This document shows, one piece after another, positions 21,576 through 33,839 of a stretch of 64,000 nucleotides of DNA (within the stretch, counting starts at the first letter, position 1; each line of letters begins with the position of its first letter). The stretch covers positions 1 through 64,000 of the forward strand of contig LT649242.1 in assembly GCA_900128395.1 (NCBI GenBank), given 5' to 3'. Both the position numbers and the translations under genes were made by a program. This DNA comes from Stramenopiles sp. TOSAG23-2. Its lineage: Eukaryota. The notes under the pieces were generated by a model that saw nothing but the letters and a program-made list of their open reading frames with translations, had not been told where the DNA came from and did no database searches.

Positions 21576-23829
21576 TTATTCGCATGCTAATTTACTATCA
21601 AAACTACTTAATGATATTGCAAAAGCTTGAAATGGTGACAATGGACTTTGGAAATCCATTGTAAATTTATCTTTAGCAACACGACCAAATTGCAATACAA
21701 CCCGTTCTTGGTCTTCAGGGTTGATTAATTGGAAATTTTTTACAGATGCCATCGTTACCCGTCCATTGAAATTTAAAACGTAAGCACCGACTTGGTCATT
21801 CCAACGTGGAGGTTTGTTGATCATATAAAACAATTGATCCAATTCGCGGTCTTTAAATTTCCGTAATATCCCTTCTTCGTCAGTTCTTGGTTGAAATTTA
21901 ACACGTCGTTGCGTACGTTCATCTACTACTGGTACCGCAACTCGCATTTTCCTTGGACCTCTTGAACCAAGCAAATTAGATGCATACATTGCTATTCCTA
22001 ATTCCTCCCTAATTTTATTTGAACCTGATGTCTTATCGCCACTATTTGGATTCATGCCATCGTCATAAACATTAAATTCGGTACCTAAAAAGTTTGAACG
22101 TAACTTTCCAACATAATTGTCACTTTTACGGGCAAGATCATCTTTGCTAATAGAAATTAGATAATTGGAAGTTTTATTAGCCTTCCGCGGTTTTGCTGCC
22201 ATCAAAAAAGTATCATTCTCTTTCAAATATAAGTGATATTGTGTCGATCCAAAACCAAAACTTGCCATTCCTGTTGGTTTGATTCTTTCAATGTAACACT
22301 GGACTACACCATCGCGTCTTCGTGCAGGTGCCATGACAAATTCTTTCATATTTGATAGATTGGGAGTGCGTTGAATGCCACGAGCTCTTGGTGCTGCATC
22401 AGCTTCTTTATCGATATCATCCGAACTTGGTGGTTTTGGCTTTTGATCCTTTGTTGGCGTACGTGATTTATTTGATGCCTTGCTTTTTCTTTTTGGTGAT
22501 CGTTTATCTGCACGTAATCGAGCTGCTTGAAGTCGTTCCTATGTAATAATAATAACAATGATATATGTGTGTGTATATAGAGAGTTAGATTCATGTTGTA
22601 TACTATAATATAATATATATAGTTTGATAGATCAAAAATGTATGTAAATATATATATATATATATTTGTAGATAGATTAAATAGAGAGGCAATACAAAAC
22701 TTACTTCTCGTGTCATTTTTCGTCGATCCTCTGGGACATCAATTTTAAACATATCATCTTCATCCGCTGAGTCATCCATATCTGGTGGCGGTTTTGGTCC
22801 TCTCTTTTTTTTTTTCTTCGTCTTCTTACTATTCCTATCTGGTGTTTTTCCACCAATATCTTCAGTATCCACTTCATCCATGAATCCTTTTTGATTTGAT
22901 TCTTTAAATCTCCTATTTTTCTTTTTTTTTAATGGTGTATTGCTCTGTTTTTTACGTCGTATCATAGTACCTTCATCCTCATCATCTGAGGAATGAACCA
23001 TACGTATAGGTTTTTTTCCCTTCCTATCTGATGTTTTTCCTTCGTCTCTTGGCGCTGCTCGTCGACCTTTTCCCCTGTAATCATCATCGTTATTATTAAA
23101 ATCCTCCACGACATCATCCTCTTCATCATTGAATAGATCTTGTCGGTCTCTTGCTGCTTTTTTTTTCGCGCTTCTATTCACTTTCTCTGATCCATTTTTC
23201 CATCTGTCTTCATTGTCATAATCGTCTTCAACAAACCTATTTTTATCTGTTTCATCGATTGATTCCGCAACAACCTCTCGACGACCTCGGATCCCTCTTT
23301 TTAATGATGATTTAGATGGTAGCTCTTCTTCCATTACATCTCCATCATCACTATCAAAAGGATCCAAAAAATTGTCATCCATACCAAAGTCTACATTTGT
23401 ATTCTTTCCAACCGCACTAAATCTTAAGTTTTGCCTTGGTCTTGAAAAATCCTTAGACTTATTGTTTCTCATGGGGCTCATACCACTACCACTACCACCA
23501 ATGGTTGGTTTTCCACTTCGGTTTACACCTGGTCCACCTAAGCTTCTTGCCGTGCGTCGTTTCGCGCGTTCCCGCTCCCGCTCTTCATATTGTTCTCGAG
23601 CACTATTACCACGACTCCTACTAGAATTATTATTGTTTCTAAAAGATAAGACATCATCAGCTTCTGCAAGTAAATCATCACCTTGTCCACGTGAAGATGT
23701 ATTATGTCGCCCATATGTACCACTTGTAGAACCATGTCGTCCATATCCACCACCACTATTGCTATTAAATTTACCTTCTGATGTTTTCCCGCCCCATATA
23801 TCATCATCATTTCGGTTTAGGAAGGCCAT
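21576..23829 (-). CDS. Tubby-like protein; one intron at 22539-22704
   Basis: Tubby domain motifs GKLRSNFLGTEF, GPRKM, LNFNGRVTMASVKNFQL and SSFDSKLACE. Intron GTAAGT...CATAG puts the acidic/basic exon 1 in frame with the tubby domain. Confidence 0.93.
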
Positions 23830-24847
23830 GATATGTGTGTGTATATATGAGTGCTTTCTTTTTATTATTGTAATAAATCCCTACTTCGTTTGTTCCAAAT
23901 ATACCCAAAATCAGTAATATATATGTGTAGGTATATATATATATATTATATTCCTATTCCTATATGCGGTAATGTGAACGTATGAATTAACAACTAGAGA
24001 AGGCAATTTGTATCCCAAAAAACAAGAAAAATATGATCCCTTTTTCTTTAATAATCTCTTTTTTTGTAAATATTACATACTATCCATCCTTCGATTTCGT
24101 TTCTACTATTATTATATATTCATTTTTACCGATAAAATCTAAATCAATATAAAAAAATAAAACAACTGCCGTCATCAATTATTGCGGCGCATCATCATTT
24201 TAAGAGGTGCATACCATTGGCCAAGTTATTATTTATATTTCAATTTTAGAATAAGTCCAAAATTCTTCTATTATTATTAGTTTTAATTTTTCAGCACCAA
24301 TTTGATTTTAAAAATTTTAAAAAAAGATTTCCGGCTCCGGGCGTCTGGATGAGCACATGAGCACCAGAGCACACGCTCTGCTTTTTCCGATGCAGTTATA
24401 ATAATACGAAATAGGCCTAAAATTCCATGTAAGCATCTGTTGTTCATTTCATTCATATTATAACACTTATATCAAATCACAGCTCTGGGAGCTATACTTT
24501 TGCTACAGTATGATATTTAGTCGCTAGCTATGATGAACATATGAAAGGATTTAAATTAAAATAGTTGGTAGTTGGTTCTATTTCGTGATTTCACCACTTT
24601 CAGCTAGGAGTATAAATAGTATTCTATTTAGTATAAGTTACCTATCATGTCATAGGCACAAATCATATTGGCCATAATTTTCAACAAGCACAACAAACTG
24701 ATTTTTTTTAATAAAAGATGCATCAACGGCATATGTCACGTGTGCTGCCTCCTCTAACGATCTGCAAAATAAAAAGCAAAAATACAACAAAAATTAGACA
24801 ACAATAGTCAAGATATATTACATAATAAATAATTATTCATAATAATA

Positions 24848-25261
24848 ATGTCGAAAAAATTTACGTTAAAACAATTAGAAGTTTATAAAGGTGAAGATGA
24901 TGCGGAAAGGCATGAGGGTAAGGTAATATTTGCTGTACGTGATGCTAAAAATGCTGCAAATGCTACGAAATACAATGTATATGATGTAACTAAATATTTG
25001 GAAGATCATCCAGGTGGTGATGATATCATGAAAGAGAATTCCGGTATTGATGCATCTGATGAATTTTGGGATATTGGACACAGTGAGCAAGCAATGGATG
25101 ATATGAAACAATATATTGTTGGCCAATTAACAAAAGAAGAATGTGAAAAATTGAAAGAAGCAGCTAGCTCAAGTAGTGTATCAGGTGGTGGTTCTATGAT
25201 GCCAGTTCTTGTATTCATTTTACTTCTTGCTGCTGGTGGTGCTGCGTTTATGTTTACCTAA
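24848..25261 (+). CDS. Cytochrome b5 with C-terminal membrane anchor
   Basis: VYDVTKYLEDHPGG, DASDEFWDIGHS and a hydrophobic tail. Confidence 0.95.
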   Translation: MSKKFTLKQLEVYKGEDDAERHEGKVIFAVRDAKNAANATKYNVYDVTKYLEDHPGGDDIMKENSGIDASDEFWDIGHSEQAMDDMKQYIVGQLTKEECEKLKEAASSSSVSGGGSMMPVLVFILLLAAGGAAFMFT

Positions 25262-25613
25262 GTATTGTTTTGTATTTTGTAAAGATAGTATGATTATTGT
25301 ATTATATATATATATATAATATGAAATTGCAAATTAGTAGAAATTATATAGTGAACCAAAAAAAGAAGAAGAAGAAATAAAAGAGGACATAGGGAGAAAT
25401 ATGGTGTTATCAGTGTTTTAAAAATAATAAAAATATTATAACAGTAGAAGTGTGCAGTTCACTTGTGTGTGTGTGTACAATTTTAATTTTACGTATAAAA
25501 TACGCCTCCCTCACTATAATAAAATTGTTATTTTTTTAAAAGAGATCTTAAACATTTGTATAAAATATATGAGATGTAACGTGTGCGTACAAAAAAAAAA
25601 CTAACTATCATAC

Positions 25614-27614
25614 TTATCTCAACTTAACATTTTTATAAAATGCCAATGAATCTGGATTGCGTAATGCACTTGAATTTTTTACTGGTCTTCCTTCTAATAC
25701 TTTTTTCACTGCTAATTCTACTTTTTTACCTGATATTGTATATGGTATATCTGGGCATTCCAAAATGACATTTGGTACATGTCTTGGACTACATGCATTA
25801 CGTATACGATCTTGTATATTACGTTTTAATTTTGACGTCAAAGTATTTCCTTCACTCATCATGACAAATAACACTACCTTCACTTCATCCCCACCAATTT
25901 TTCCAACTTGTAAACCAACAATAACACTATCTCTGACTTCTTTTATCGTCTCATCGACTACACGATAAATATCTGCTGTACCAATACGGATACCACCTGC
26001 ATTTAATGTAGCGTCACTTCGACCATATATGATCATACCACCACGTTTTGTAATTTTAGCAAAATCACCATGACGCCATATATTTGCATATTCCTCAAAA
26101 TATGCACCTTGATAACGTTTGTTTTCTGGATCATTCCAAAAGAAAAGAGGTCCTGATGGAAATGGTTTTTGACAACACAATTCGCCTTTTTTATTCACAA
26201 TGCTACGACCATCGTCGTCATAAATAGCAACATCCAAGCCTAAACCTAAACATTGCAATTCGCCCATGTAGACAGGTAATATTGGACATCCAAGTGCGAA
26301 ACATCCATTTAGATCCGTACCGCCACTTATACTAGCAAATTGTACATCAGGTTTGATTTTTGTGTAGACGTAATTAAATACAACATCTGTTGCAGGGGAA
26401 CCAGTGGATGCTATTGTACGTAAGTTACTCAAATTGAATTTTTTACCAGGTTCACAACCTGCATTCATAATAGCTTGTAAATATGCTGCTGATGTACCGA
26501 ATAACGTCAATTCTGTTTCCTCTGCCATTTTCCATAATGAATCCCATTCTGGATAACATGGATTACCTTCCCAAACCACTACGGTTGCACCGACTGATAA
26601 TGCACTCATTAACCAATTCCACATCATCCATCCAGTAGTCGTATAATAAAATACTTTATCATCTCGTTTAATATTACAATGCAATATCATTTCTTTCATA
26701 TGATTAATCAACACTCCCGGTCCTTGTACAATACATTTAGGCAATCCTGTTGTACCTGAACTATACATTATATATACAGGATGGTCAAATGGTAATTGTT
26801 CAAATTCAATTTCTTGCGCTTCAATTCCTTCAAGAAAATCAACTAAATGTACACCATTTTTAATATGTTGAATACCAATTTTATATTCAGTACCTTCCGT
26901 ATATGGAACAAATACAACTTTTTTTAAACTTTTTATTTGTTTCGTGATATCTTTCACTTTACCCATCAAATCGACCCGTTTCCCTTTGTAAAAATATGCC
27001 GTAGTTGTAAATAGAACCGTAGGTTCGATTTGACCAAATCTGTCCATAACTCCTTGGATTCCGAAATCAGGTGAACATGAAGACCAAATTGCACCCATTG
27101 AAGTTGCTGCAAGCATTGCAACCACAGATTCTGGAATATTAGGTATGAATCCAGCAACACGATCACCACACTTTACTTTTGATCGTTTTAATGCAGCTGC
27201 AAATTTTGAAACAGAATCATATAATTCTCTATATGTAATTTTTTTCGCTTTCACGCTACTATCGCATTGAAATATAATTGCTGTTCTGTCATCTCTATAT
27301 TTAAGCATATTTTCCGCAAAATTCATCAAGGCTCCGGGATAAAATTTACATCCAGGAAATTTTGTGACATCATCATATGCAGCGACTGGTTGTATCGATG
27401 CTTTTACATCAATAAATTTCCATAATGCCATCCAAAAGGATGAATATTCAGTCACAGACCAACGATGTAATTCATGATATGTTGACATAGGAGGTGCGTT
27501 ATAATTTTGTTCCACAAACCGCATGAAACGTGTCATTTCTGAATTTTCTACGTCTTTTGCAATGGGCGTCCACATTTTTTTTGGCATTTCATTTCTTTTT
27601 GTAAGACTTGCCAT
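25614..27614 (-). CDS. AACS: Acetoacetyl-CoA synthetase (acetoacetate-CoA ligase)
   Basis: YSSGTTGLPKCIV, GAIWSSCSPDFG, TTTGWMMWNWL, SISGGTD, WRHGDF, GRSDATLN and SGKKVELAVK. Confidence 0.95.
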   Translation of the reverse strand: MASLTKRNEMPKKMWTPIAKDVENSEMTRFMRFVEQNYNAPPMSTYHELHRWSVTEYSSFWMALWKFIDVKASIQPVAAYDDVTKFPGCKFYPGALMNFAENMLKYRDDRTAIIFQCDSSVKAKKITYRELYDSVSKFAAALKRSKVKCGDRVAGFIPNIPESVVAMLAATSMGAIWSSCSPDFGIQGVMDRFGQIEPTVLFTTTAYFYKGKRVDLMGKVKDITKQIKSLKKVVFVPYTEGTEYKIGIQHIKNGVHLVDFLEGIEAQEIEFEQLPFDHPVYIMYSSGTTGLPKCIVQGPGVLINHMKEMILHCNIKRDDKVFYYTTTGWMMWNWLMSALSVGATVVVWEGNPCYPEWDSLWKMAEETELTLFGTSAAYLQAIMNAGCEPGKKFNLSNLRTIASTGSPATDVVFNYVYTKIKPDVQFASISGGTDLNGCFALGCPILPVYMGELQCLGLGLDVAIYDDDGRSIVNKKGELCCQKPFPSGPLFFWNDPENKRYQGAYFEEYANIWRHGDFAKITKRGGMIIYGRSDATLNAGGIRIGTADIYRVVDETIKEVRDSVIVGLQVGKIGGDEVKVVLFVMMSEGNTLTSKLKRNIQDRIRNACSPRHVPNVILECPDIPYTISGKKVELAVKKVLEGRPVKNSSALRNPDSLAFYKNVKLR

Positions 27615-28517
27615 GGTTACTATATGTATGTATATATGTATGTATGTATTATATTATTTATAATTACTATAAAAATGCCAGCGTCTGTTTATTGTGTTCT
27701 TGATTCAGTAGCATCTATGAAGTAATATGATGCTGATGATGGATGTATTGTTCTTCTTCCCTTGATTGGTGGTTGTACGGATGAATCCATAATAGTTTAA
27801 GTTCAACACTTCTATCTATGTATACAATAGTATACTATTGTGATGAAAGAAAGGCGGAGGGCGAAAGATATTTTAATTTGTGCCTCAATGCTATTTACAT
27901 CCTAGTTGGGGAAATCGTCATCAATATGATGGTTCATACGTAAAATGATTTCTGCGATTAATTTGATGGGAACTTTTCCTATGCTGTGTCTATGCTTTTT
28001 GGAAATATTGTGTGTGATTTACCTTAACCTATTTTTAACATTAATGTAGGAATAGCATGGGGCCTGTATTGTCCCCCAAAAACTCCATGGCTACTCCTGG
28101 TTGACTTTATTGCACTTAATGTAATCATTGGGATGCTTGTTTGAAGCACCATGTAATCATGATGTTGATCGTTTCGTTTGCTTTTGCTACACCATTCCAT
28201 AACATTGCAATATTGTATATAAAATTTTACGCATTGGATGTGAAACTTCATTGTATACCTCAAACGTTTGTTGCGATGATTTTATTTTCCCTAATTGACT
28301 TGGTGAAGTATATCAAGGCAATATTATTGTTGTTGTTGGTATTAAATTTCTTTATATCATTATGGCAGTGGTGGTTTTTACTATGACTTCCAGGATCAAT
28401 ACTTGCTGTTTTTCTTTTTTTTGCAGTTGAACCTCCTCCAGAATTATTACCTAATTCATTTTCATTACGTCAAAGTATCTCTGAGAACAGACTCGATGAA
28501 ATCAATACTGTAATTTT

Positions 28518-29339
28518 CTATGTTGTGATAAATCTTTCTTTGCTGCAAAGAAGTAAATTGCTTAACCCTGGTGAACCCAATCCATTTGGTCCACCCCAAT
28601 CTTTCCTATTCATTACAATGCCATTTACAGGTTGTGCCAATTGTACAATCTTTTTGCTTTTATTATAAAAATAACGAAAACTGTTTCTATTTCTTATTGT
28701 AGCTGGTACCATATATGTATTCCAACCTTCTATCATATCCCCAAGTATATAATATTGATTATTGCAGATAACTTTTGTCATATTGATCACTTCTTTGCTG
28801 GTAATAGTTGCATACATTCTGCCATCTGTTGTATCTTTGTCTCTTGTTCGTATATTATATGCTCCTCCTTTTCCAAACCGTCTTACTTTATAGTATTTTG
28901 TTTCATTTTTAGGTTGTTTCGCTTGAAGGAATTTAACTGCTGTTAGTGCTCTTTGGTGTGGACAATGCGTAAAAAAGCTTTTTAAATCACCAGGTCGAAT
29001 TAAAAATCGCGTTTTCTTTCCATATTTTTTGCTTAAGCGTGCTTTTTCTTTTTGCCAATGTATCTTAATATTGAATGTATTTTTAATATGCCAATTTCTT
29101 GTTTTAAGTATCGCATTTTCTATCCATCTTGTAATAACTTTACCCGTTATTTTAACTAACGTCTCCCAAGGAGTTCCACATTGTGGAATCACCGGTCTCA
29201 CACGTAGAGCATCTTTATGTTTGCGTTGTACGTATGCGTTTTTTGAAATTGTTGTTAGGCTCCGTATCTTCTTATATGATGTAAAATCTTTTAGATGCGC
29301 GATATTTGTAAATCTTTGAAAGGCGTTTCGGATTTTTTC
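28518..29339 (-). pseudogene. Truncated reverse-transcriptase fragment, Penelope-like retroelement relic
   Basis: Open frame from 29339 reads YVQRKHKDALRVRPVIPQCGTP, GDLKSFFTHCPH and CNNQYYILGD, then loses similarity. No G-x-x-M-G or YxDD motif. Confidence 0.65.
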
Positions 29340-30191
29340 TCATGGAACAGATTACAAAACGCAAACAGAATAATTTTGTTATTTCATTACAATAATAATA
29401 ATAAGTGACCCTCATCACTTCGATGATTTCAGCGAATTTAGCAAGGAACTCAAGGAAAAAGATTTGTATGAGAGCAGTGGCAGGAGCAATGGCGGGAGCA
29501 ACAGCGATAACAGCAATTTTAAAAACGGGAAAGCGGTGAAAAAAAAATTGAAGATCATACCAAAAAAAAATTCCAAAGCAAATAGCAGCACAAGTTCAAG
29601 TTCGAATGGCAGTTCGAAACAAATTGTCAATGTAAGTTCTGATAGCGAAAGCAATGATGATTTAGTTGGAAATAAAAGCACATTATTTCATTACTTGTTT
29701 TTTTGTGTCTTTCTGTCAACTTGACATAATATTGTACTTGTTAGTATACATAATTTTAATTCTGTATAGGCCTTATTATAGCCCTTGTAAATAAAATGAG
29801 TTTGTGGCACTCTTTTTGTGTATGGCGTATGGCACTCCACAGCACTATGTTGTCCAAAAAACGACGGTGGTTTTTTCCAGAAGAAGATAATGATGTTATT
29901 ATTGAAATTACCTGGTATAGCTCTTCCAGGGAAAAAATAATAAAGATACAGTCCATACACAGCTTTCTTCTTCATTCATTTTCATGATTTCAATTTAAGA
30001 ATTACAAACAAAAAAAAGAAACTAATACCAAAAGGTAAGTAATAATGCATTAGAAGAAACTGTTTTTTCAAAGAAAAGAAATACTAACAATTCATTTATT
30101 ATTTTTTTTTTTTACCTCTCTCATCATCACTTTCCGTCTTACCATCAAGTTCATCACAGTACCATATAAACAAAACACTTAAAAATCAAGT

Positions 30192-30881
30192 ATGACTACA
30201 GACGTTAAATATTATGGTATCCCAGGACGTGGTGAAGCAGTGCGTTTAATGCTTAAATTGAAAGGCACTAAATACACCGAAACGTACATTGATAGCAAGA
30301 CATGGAAAGCAGGTGAAAAAGAAAACACTAAGTGGAACGTTATGCCTGTTATTACATTGGAAAATGGGCAAGTAGCAGGAATGTCAAGATCAATTCTAAG
30401 ATACATTGCAAAAACTACATATGTAGAAGGAAATCCTTTGTATCCAACCGATCCAAACGATGCTTTGGTTGTCGATGAAGTCATGGATTTTTTAGGCGAA
30501 GATATTTGGATGGAAATGTTAAAATCTGTGGGTGAAAAAAACGGTGAAGAAATTGCAAAGAATACATTAGCCAGTGGTGGTAAAGCTTTCCTCCAATTAA
30601 ATGAATTGGAAAAAAATATCGAAGGTACAGATAGTACATTGAAAAATGGTAACTTATCTGTTGCTGATATTTATATTTATGCAGCAAGTGGTTGGTATTC
30701 AAGTGGTTTCATGACGAAAGAAACCAATGCCCAATCATTGTTTACTGGTCGTCCAAAATTATCAGCTATCTGCACACGTGTTGGTGCTTTGGCAGCTGTA
30801 AAAGCTCATCAAACAGATGCAAATAATAAAATTGCTATGAAACAAGCATATATGACAGCACCTTGGTCAAGCAAGCTTTAA
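30192..30881 (+). CDS. Glutathione S-transferase, sigma-like
   Basis: YYGIPGRGEAVRLML, MPVITL, SRSILRYIAK, LYPTDP and LSVADIY. Confidence 0.93.
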   Translation: MTTDVKYYGIPGRGEAVRLMLKLKGTKYTETYIDSKTWKAGEKENTKWNVMPVITLENGQVAGMSRSILRYIAKTTYVEGNPLYPTDPNDALVVDEVMDFLGEDIWMEMLKSVGEKNGEEIAKNTLASGGKAFLQLNELEKNIEGTDSTLKNGNLSVADIYIYAASGWYSSGFMTKETNAQSLFTGRPKLSAICTRVGALAAVKAHQTDANNKIAMKQAYMTAPWSSKL

Positions 30882-31376
30882 GACACATGATTTGTTTGGT
30901 TTGATGTTTATATTTAAAAATAAAATGATGTGATATGATGATAGATGACGTTTCGTCTATTTCTCTCTCCTAATTTTTTTCAACGCCGGGAGAATAATCC
31001 ACATGTTATACAAAAATATAAAAATGACAAGTCGTAAAAAAATATATTATATATGTGATAAGAAATGCCGTTCATAAATTTTTCATATGCTTATCATCAA
31101 CGTTCTTGCGTGTTTCGAAGTTCGTAGATTTTACTTTATAAATTATGTTGTGGTGACACTTTTTAAAGATTTACAAAAATATTTACGACGTATGGAACGA
31201 ACAAAATGGACCGTGCGTTCGTACGACGAAAGTAAATGTGAATAAATGAAAGAGTGAGGAGAGATGCAATTTTTTTGAATCTAGTACAGATATGATATAA
31301 TATATACGTTGGATTGGTATTTTCGATTATGAGAATATCAACACACTTGTGTGAGATAGATTATTTCAGTTATTTT

Positions 31377-31403
31377 ATTCTTTTGAAGAGTAGGAATTAT
31401 CAT
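31377..31403 (+). repeat. Dispersed intergenic motif, copy 3
   Basis: attcttttgaagagtaggaattatcat. Confidence 0.9.
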
Positions 31404-31654
31404 GAGTAAATTAAAAATAAATTATGCGCGTATAAATTAAATTATATATGCAACGTACAGAGTACCGTGTATTATACGTACGGGTTTGTATTTTACGACT
31501 TCGGTGTGTACAAAAATAATAATACTCGAGTGTATTTCTTCTCTTTGCTGGTTTTTAATTTTATTTTTTTTTACATTTTTTAATCTTCCAAAACCTCAAA
31601 CACCTTCTTGTATATCACATACAAAACCATATAATATATAATACATATTCGTAT

Positions 31655-32848
31655 CTAATTATCAACCACTACCATATCAACATCTAAATTATTCTTTGCT
31701 ACCATTGGTTTGCCATCTACTACATATGGTTTCACATCGCATTGTACTTGAAAATATTCAAATCGTGTTGATGATAATTCACGAAATGCATCTGCACTTT
31801 GAACATCGAAATTATTTCCAAATACTTGTAAACGTTGTATTGCCGTATTAGATGACATTGCATCTGCAATTGCTACTAAACCAGTGTCACCAATTTTATT
31901 ATTACGTATATCTAAATCTGCTAATGTCCTACAACTTCGTAATGCAACACCAAGTGCTTGTGCCCCTTGATCTTGTATGCGATTTCTTGACATGTTCAAG
32001 GATGATAAAATACATCCACCTTTCATCAATAAAATTGCAAATGCTTCTGCACCAGCAATGGAAATTTCATTAGCTCTTAAATCTAATAAACGTAAAGATG
32101 CATTATCTTCCAAATATTGTGCTATAGTTTGCGCGCCTGCATCTCTGATTTTATGTTTACCTATGTATAATTCTTGCATTACTCGATTTGTACGTATCAT
32201 TTTTGCAATATGAAATGCAGTTGTTTCTTGTAAATCATATAAACGTGGATTTTCCATGTTTAATCGCAATACGGATGTATTATACCACATTGTTTGTGCT
32301 ATTGCAATAACAGCTTGTGTACCAATTTCGGAGTTACCAACATCTAAATCACGTACTTTACAAGCAGCATCGACTAATATACGACTGACTGCCATACCAC
32401 CTTCTTCCCCAATTGGGTTGCCATTGAACGATAACGCTTCGACCTTAACTCCATTCTCACTGGCTAATGCTTCACATATTAATTTGCATCCATCTGGTCC
32501 AATACTATTGCCATTTAAATACAATTCACGAACTGGTGTCGCACCAGTTCTTAATAAATTTGCTAAAGTTTCTGCACCTGTGTCTGTTATTAAATTACAA
32601 CCTAAATCTAATATTCCTATAGCTACACCAGAATCCAACATTGCATCGCATAGACATTTAACAAACGTATCATTAATACGATTATTAAACAAATACTTAT
32701 GTTTACCATTCAATACAACATCAACTTCATCATTTCCAGATGCTTTTTGTGCATCCAATCGTTCCATAAAGACAGATGATGGTCTAGTCGTTACTTCTTT
32801 ATCACCAACTATTGTTAAATATGCATTTGATAATTTTTTCGCTGCCAT
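31655..32848 (-). CDS. RNI-type leucine-rich repeat protein, LRRC34-like
   Basis: About ten 28-aa repeats of the type LxLxxNxIGxxGAxxLAxxL. Confidence 0.9.
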   Translation of the reverse strand: MAAKKLSNAYLTIVGDKEVTTRPSSVFMERLDAQKASGNDEVDVVLNGKHKYLFNNRINDTFVKCLCDAMLDSGVAIGILDLGCNLITDTGAETLANLLRTGATPVRELYLNGNSIGPDGCKLICEALASENGVKVEALSFNGNPIGEEGGMAVSRILVDAACKVRDLDVGNSEIGTQAVIAIAQTMWYNTSVLRLNMENPRLYDLQETTAFHIAKMIRTNRVMQELYIGKHKIRDAGAQTIAQYLEDNASLRLLDLRANEISIAGAEAFAILLMKGGCILSSLNMSRNRIQDQGAQALGVALRSCRTLADLDIRNNKIGDTGLVAIADAMSSNTAIQRLQVFGNNFDVQSADAFRELSSTRFEYFQVQCDVKPYVVDGKPMVAKNNLDVDMVVVDN

Positions 32849-33839
32849 TATATTATTTTTATTTTTTTTTTTGACTACTAAAATATATGTATATATCTAT
32901 ATACTCTTACAATCTTGAAGAATGCGATATATATTTGTGTGACACTATGTTATATTAATAGTTTTGATCCCAAATAAACAAATCACAGACTTTTTATTTT
33001 GTTTGGAAAAGAGTTACTAAAACACAACGTTTACTCAACAATAAACACATCTTTTTATCTCATTTTCTATGTTTTTACGACGAGCGAAAAACGGCTCTGC
33101 AAATTTTCATAGGAAATGACGATGTACTCTACCAGGTAAAACCCATAGTAGCTATAATCCGCGCGGGTAAGCGTTTTATAAATTCGCATCAATTTTTTAT
33201 CCAGAAATGACGATAATAATGAGGACTATATTTTGTTTGAGATCTAAATATCCGAAATGATGATAAGATGTGTACATACTATATCGTTATAATTGAATTA
33301 TTGCAAACTTGATGGAAATAATTTTTGATATTATTGTTTTTTCTATATAATACTACAACATAAACATTAGCTCTTGATTGAAATATTATACGTTACCTAT
33401 GTGGGAAGAAAAAAAAAAGCCAGGAGGAAATTCCGTTATTAGTCATTTAAGGAAACTACTTAACAAATAGAATATACACGGTGTGTCTATGCTATTCTAA
33501 TAATTTTATGATTATCCTATTTCCAAATAGAAAGGTCATAGCATAAGGATAGTTGGAATTAGTCCTTAAATTACTGGGATTAGAAAATCTATATCGATAT
33601 ATTGGAGTTTATAATTGTTTACGGGGAAGAAGTAGGTACATATATTGTACATTAACATAATACATTCTAGAGTAATATATATATACATATATAGAGAGAG
33701 AGATAATATATAATATATTGTTTTTTCCGTAAGTGAGTTTGTATTTCGTTTTGTTCCTTTTTTTTTAAGTACATACATATATATATAATAATAATACATT
33801 TAATAAATATTATATTGTATAATTATTATTTAACCAAAA

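Noticed and set aside
24330-24400. GC-richer intergenic patch considered as a tRNA or small RNA (also about 59010-59080)
   Set aside because: No cloverleaf, T-loop or box A/B motifs could be identified.
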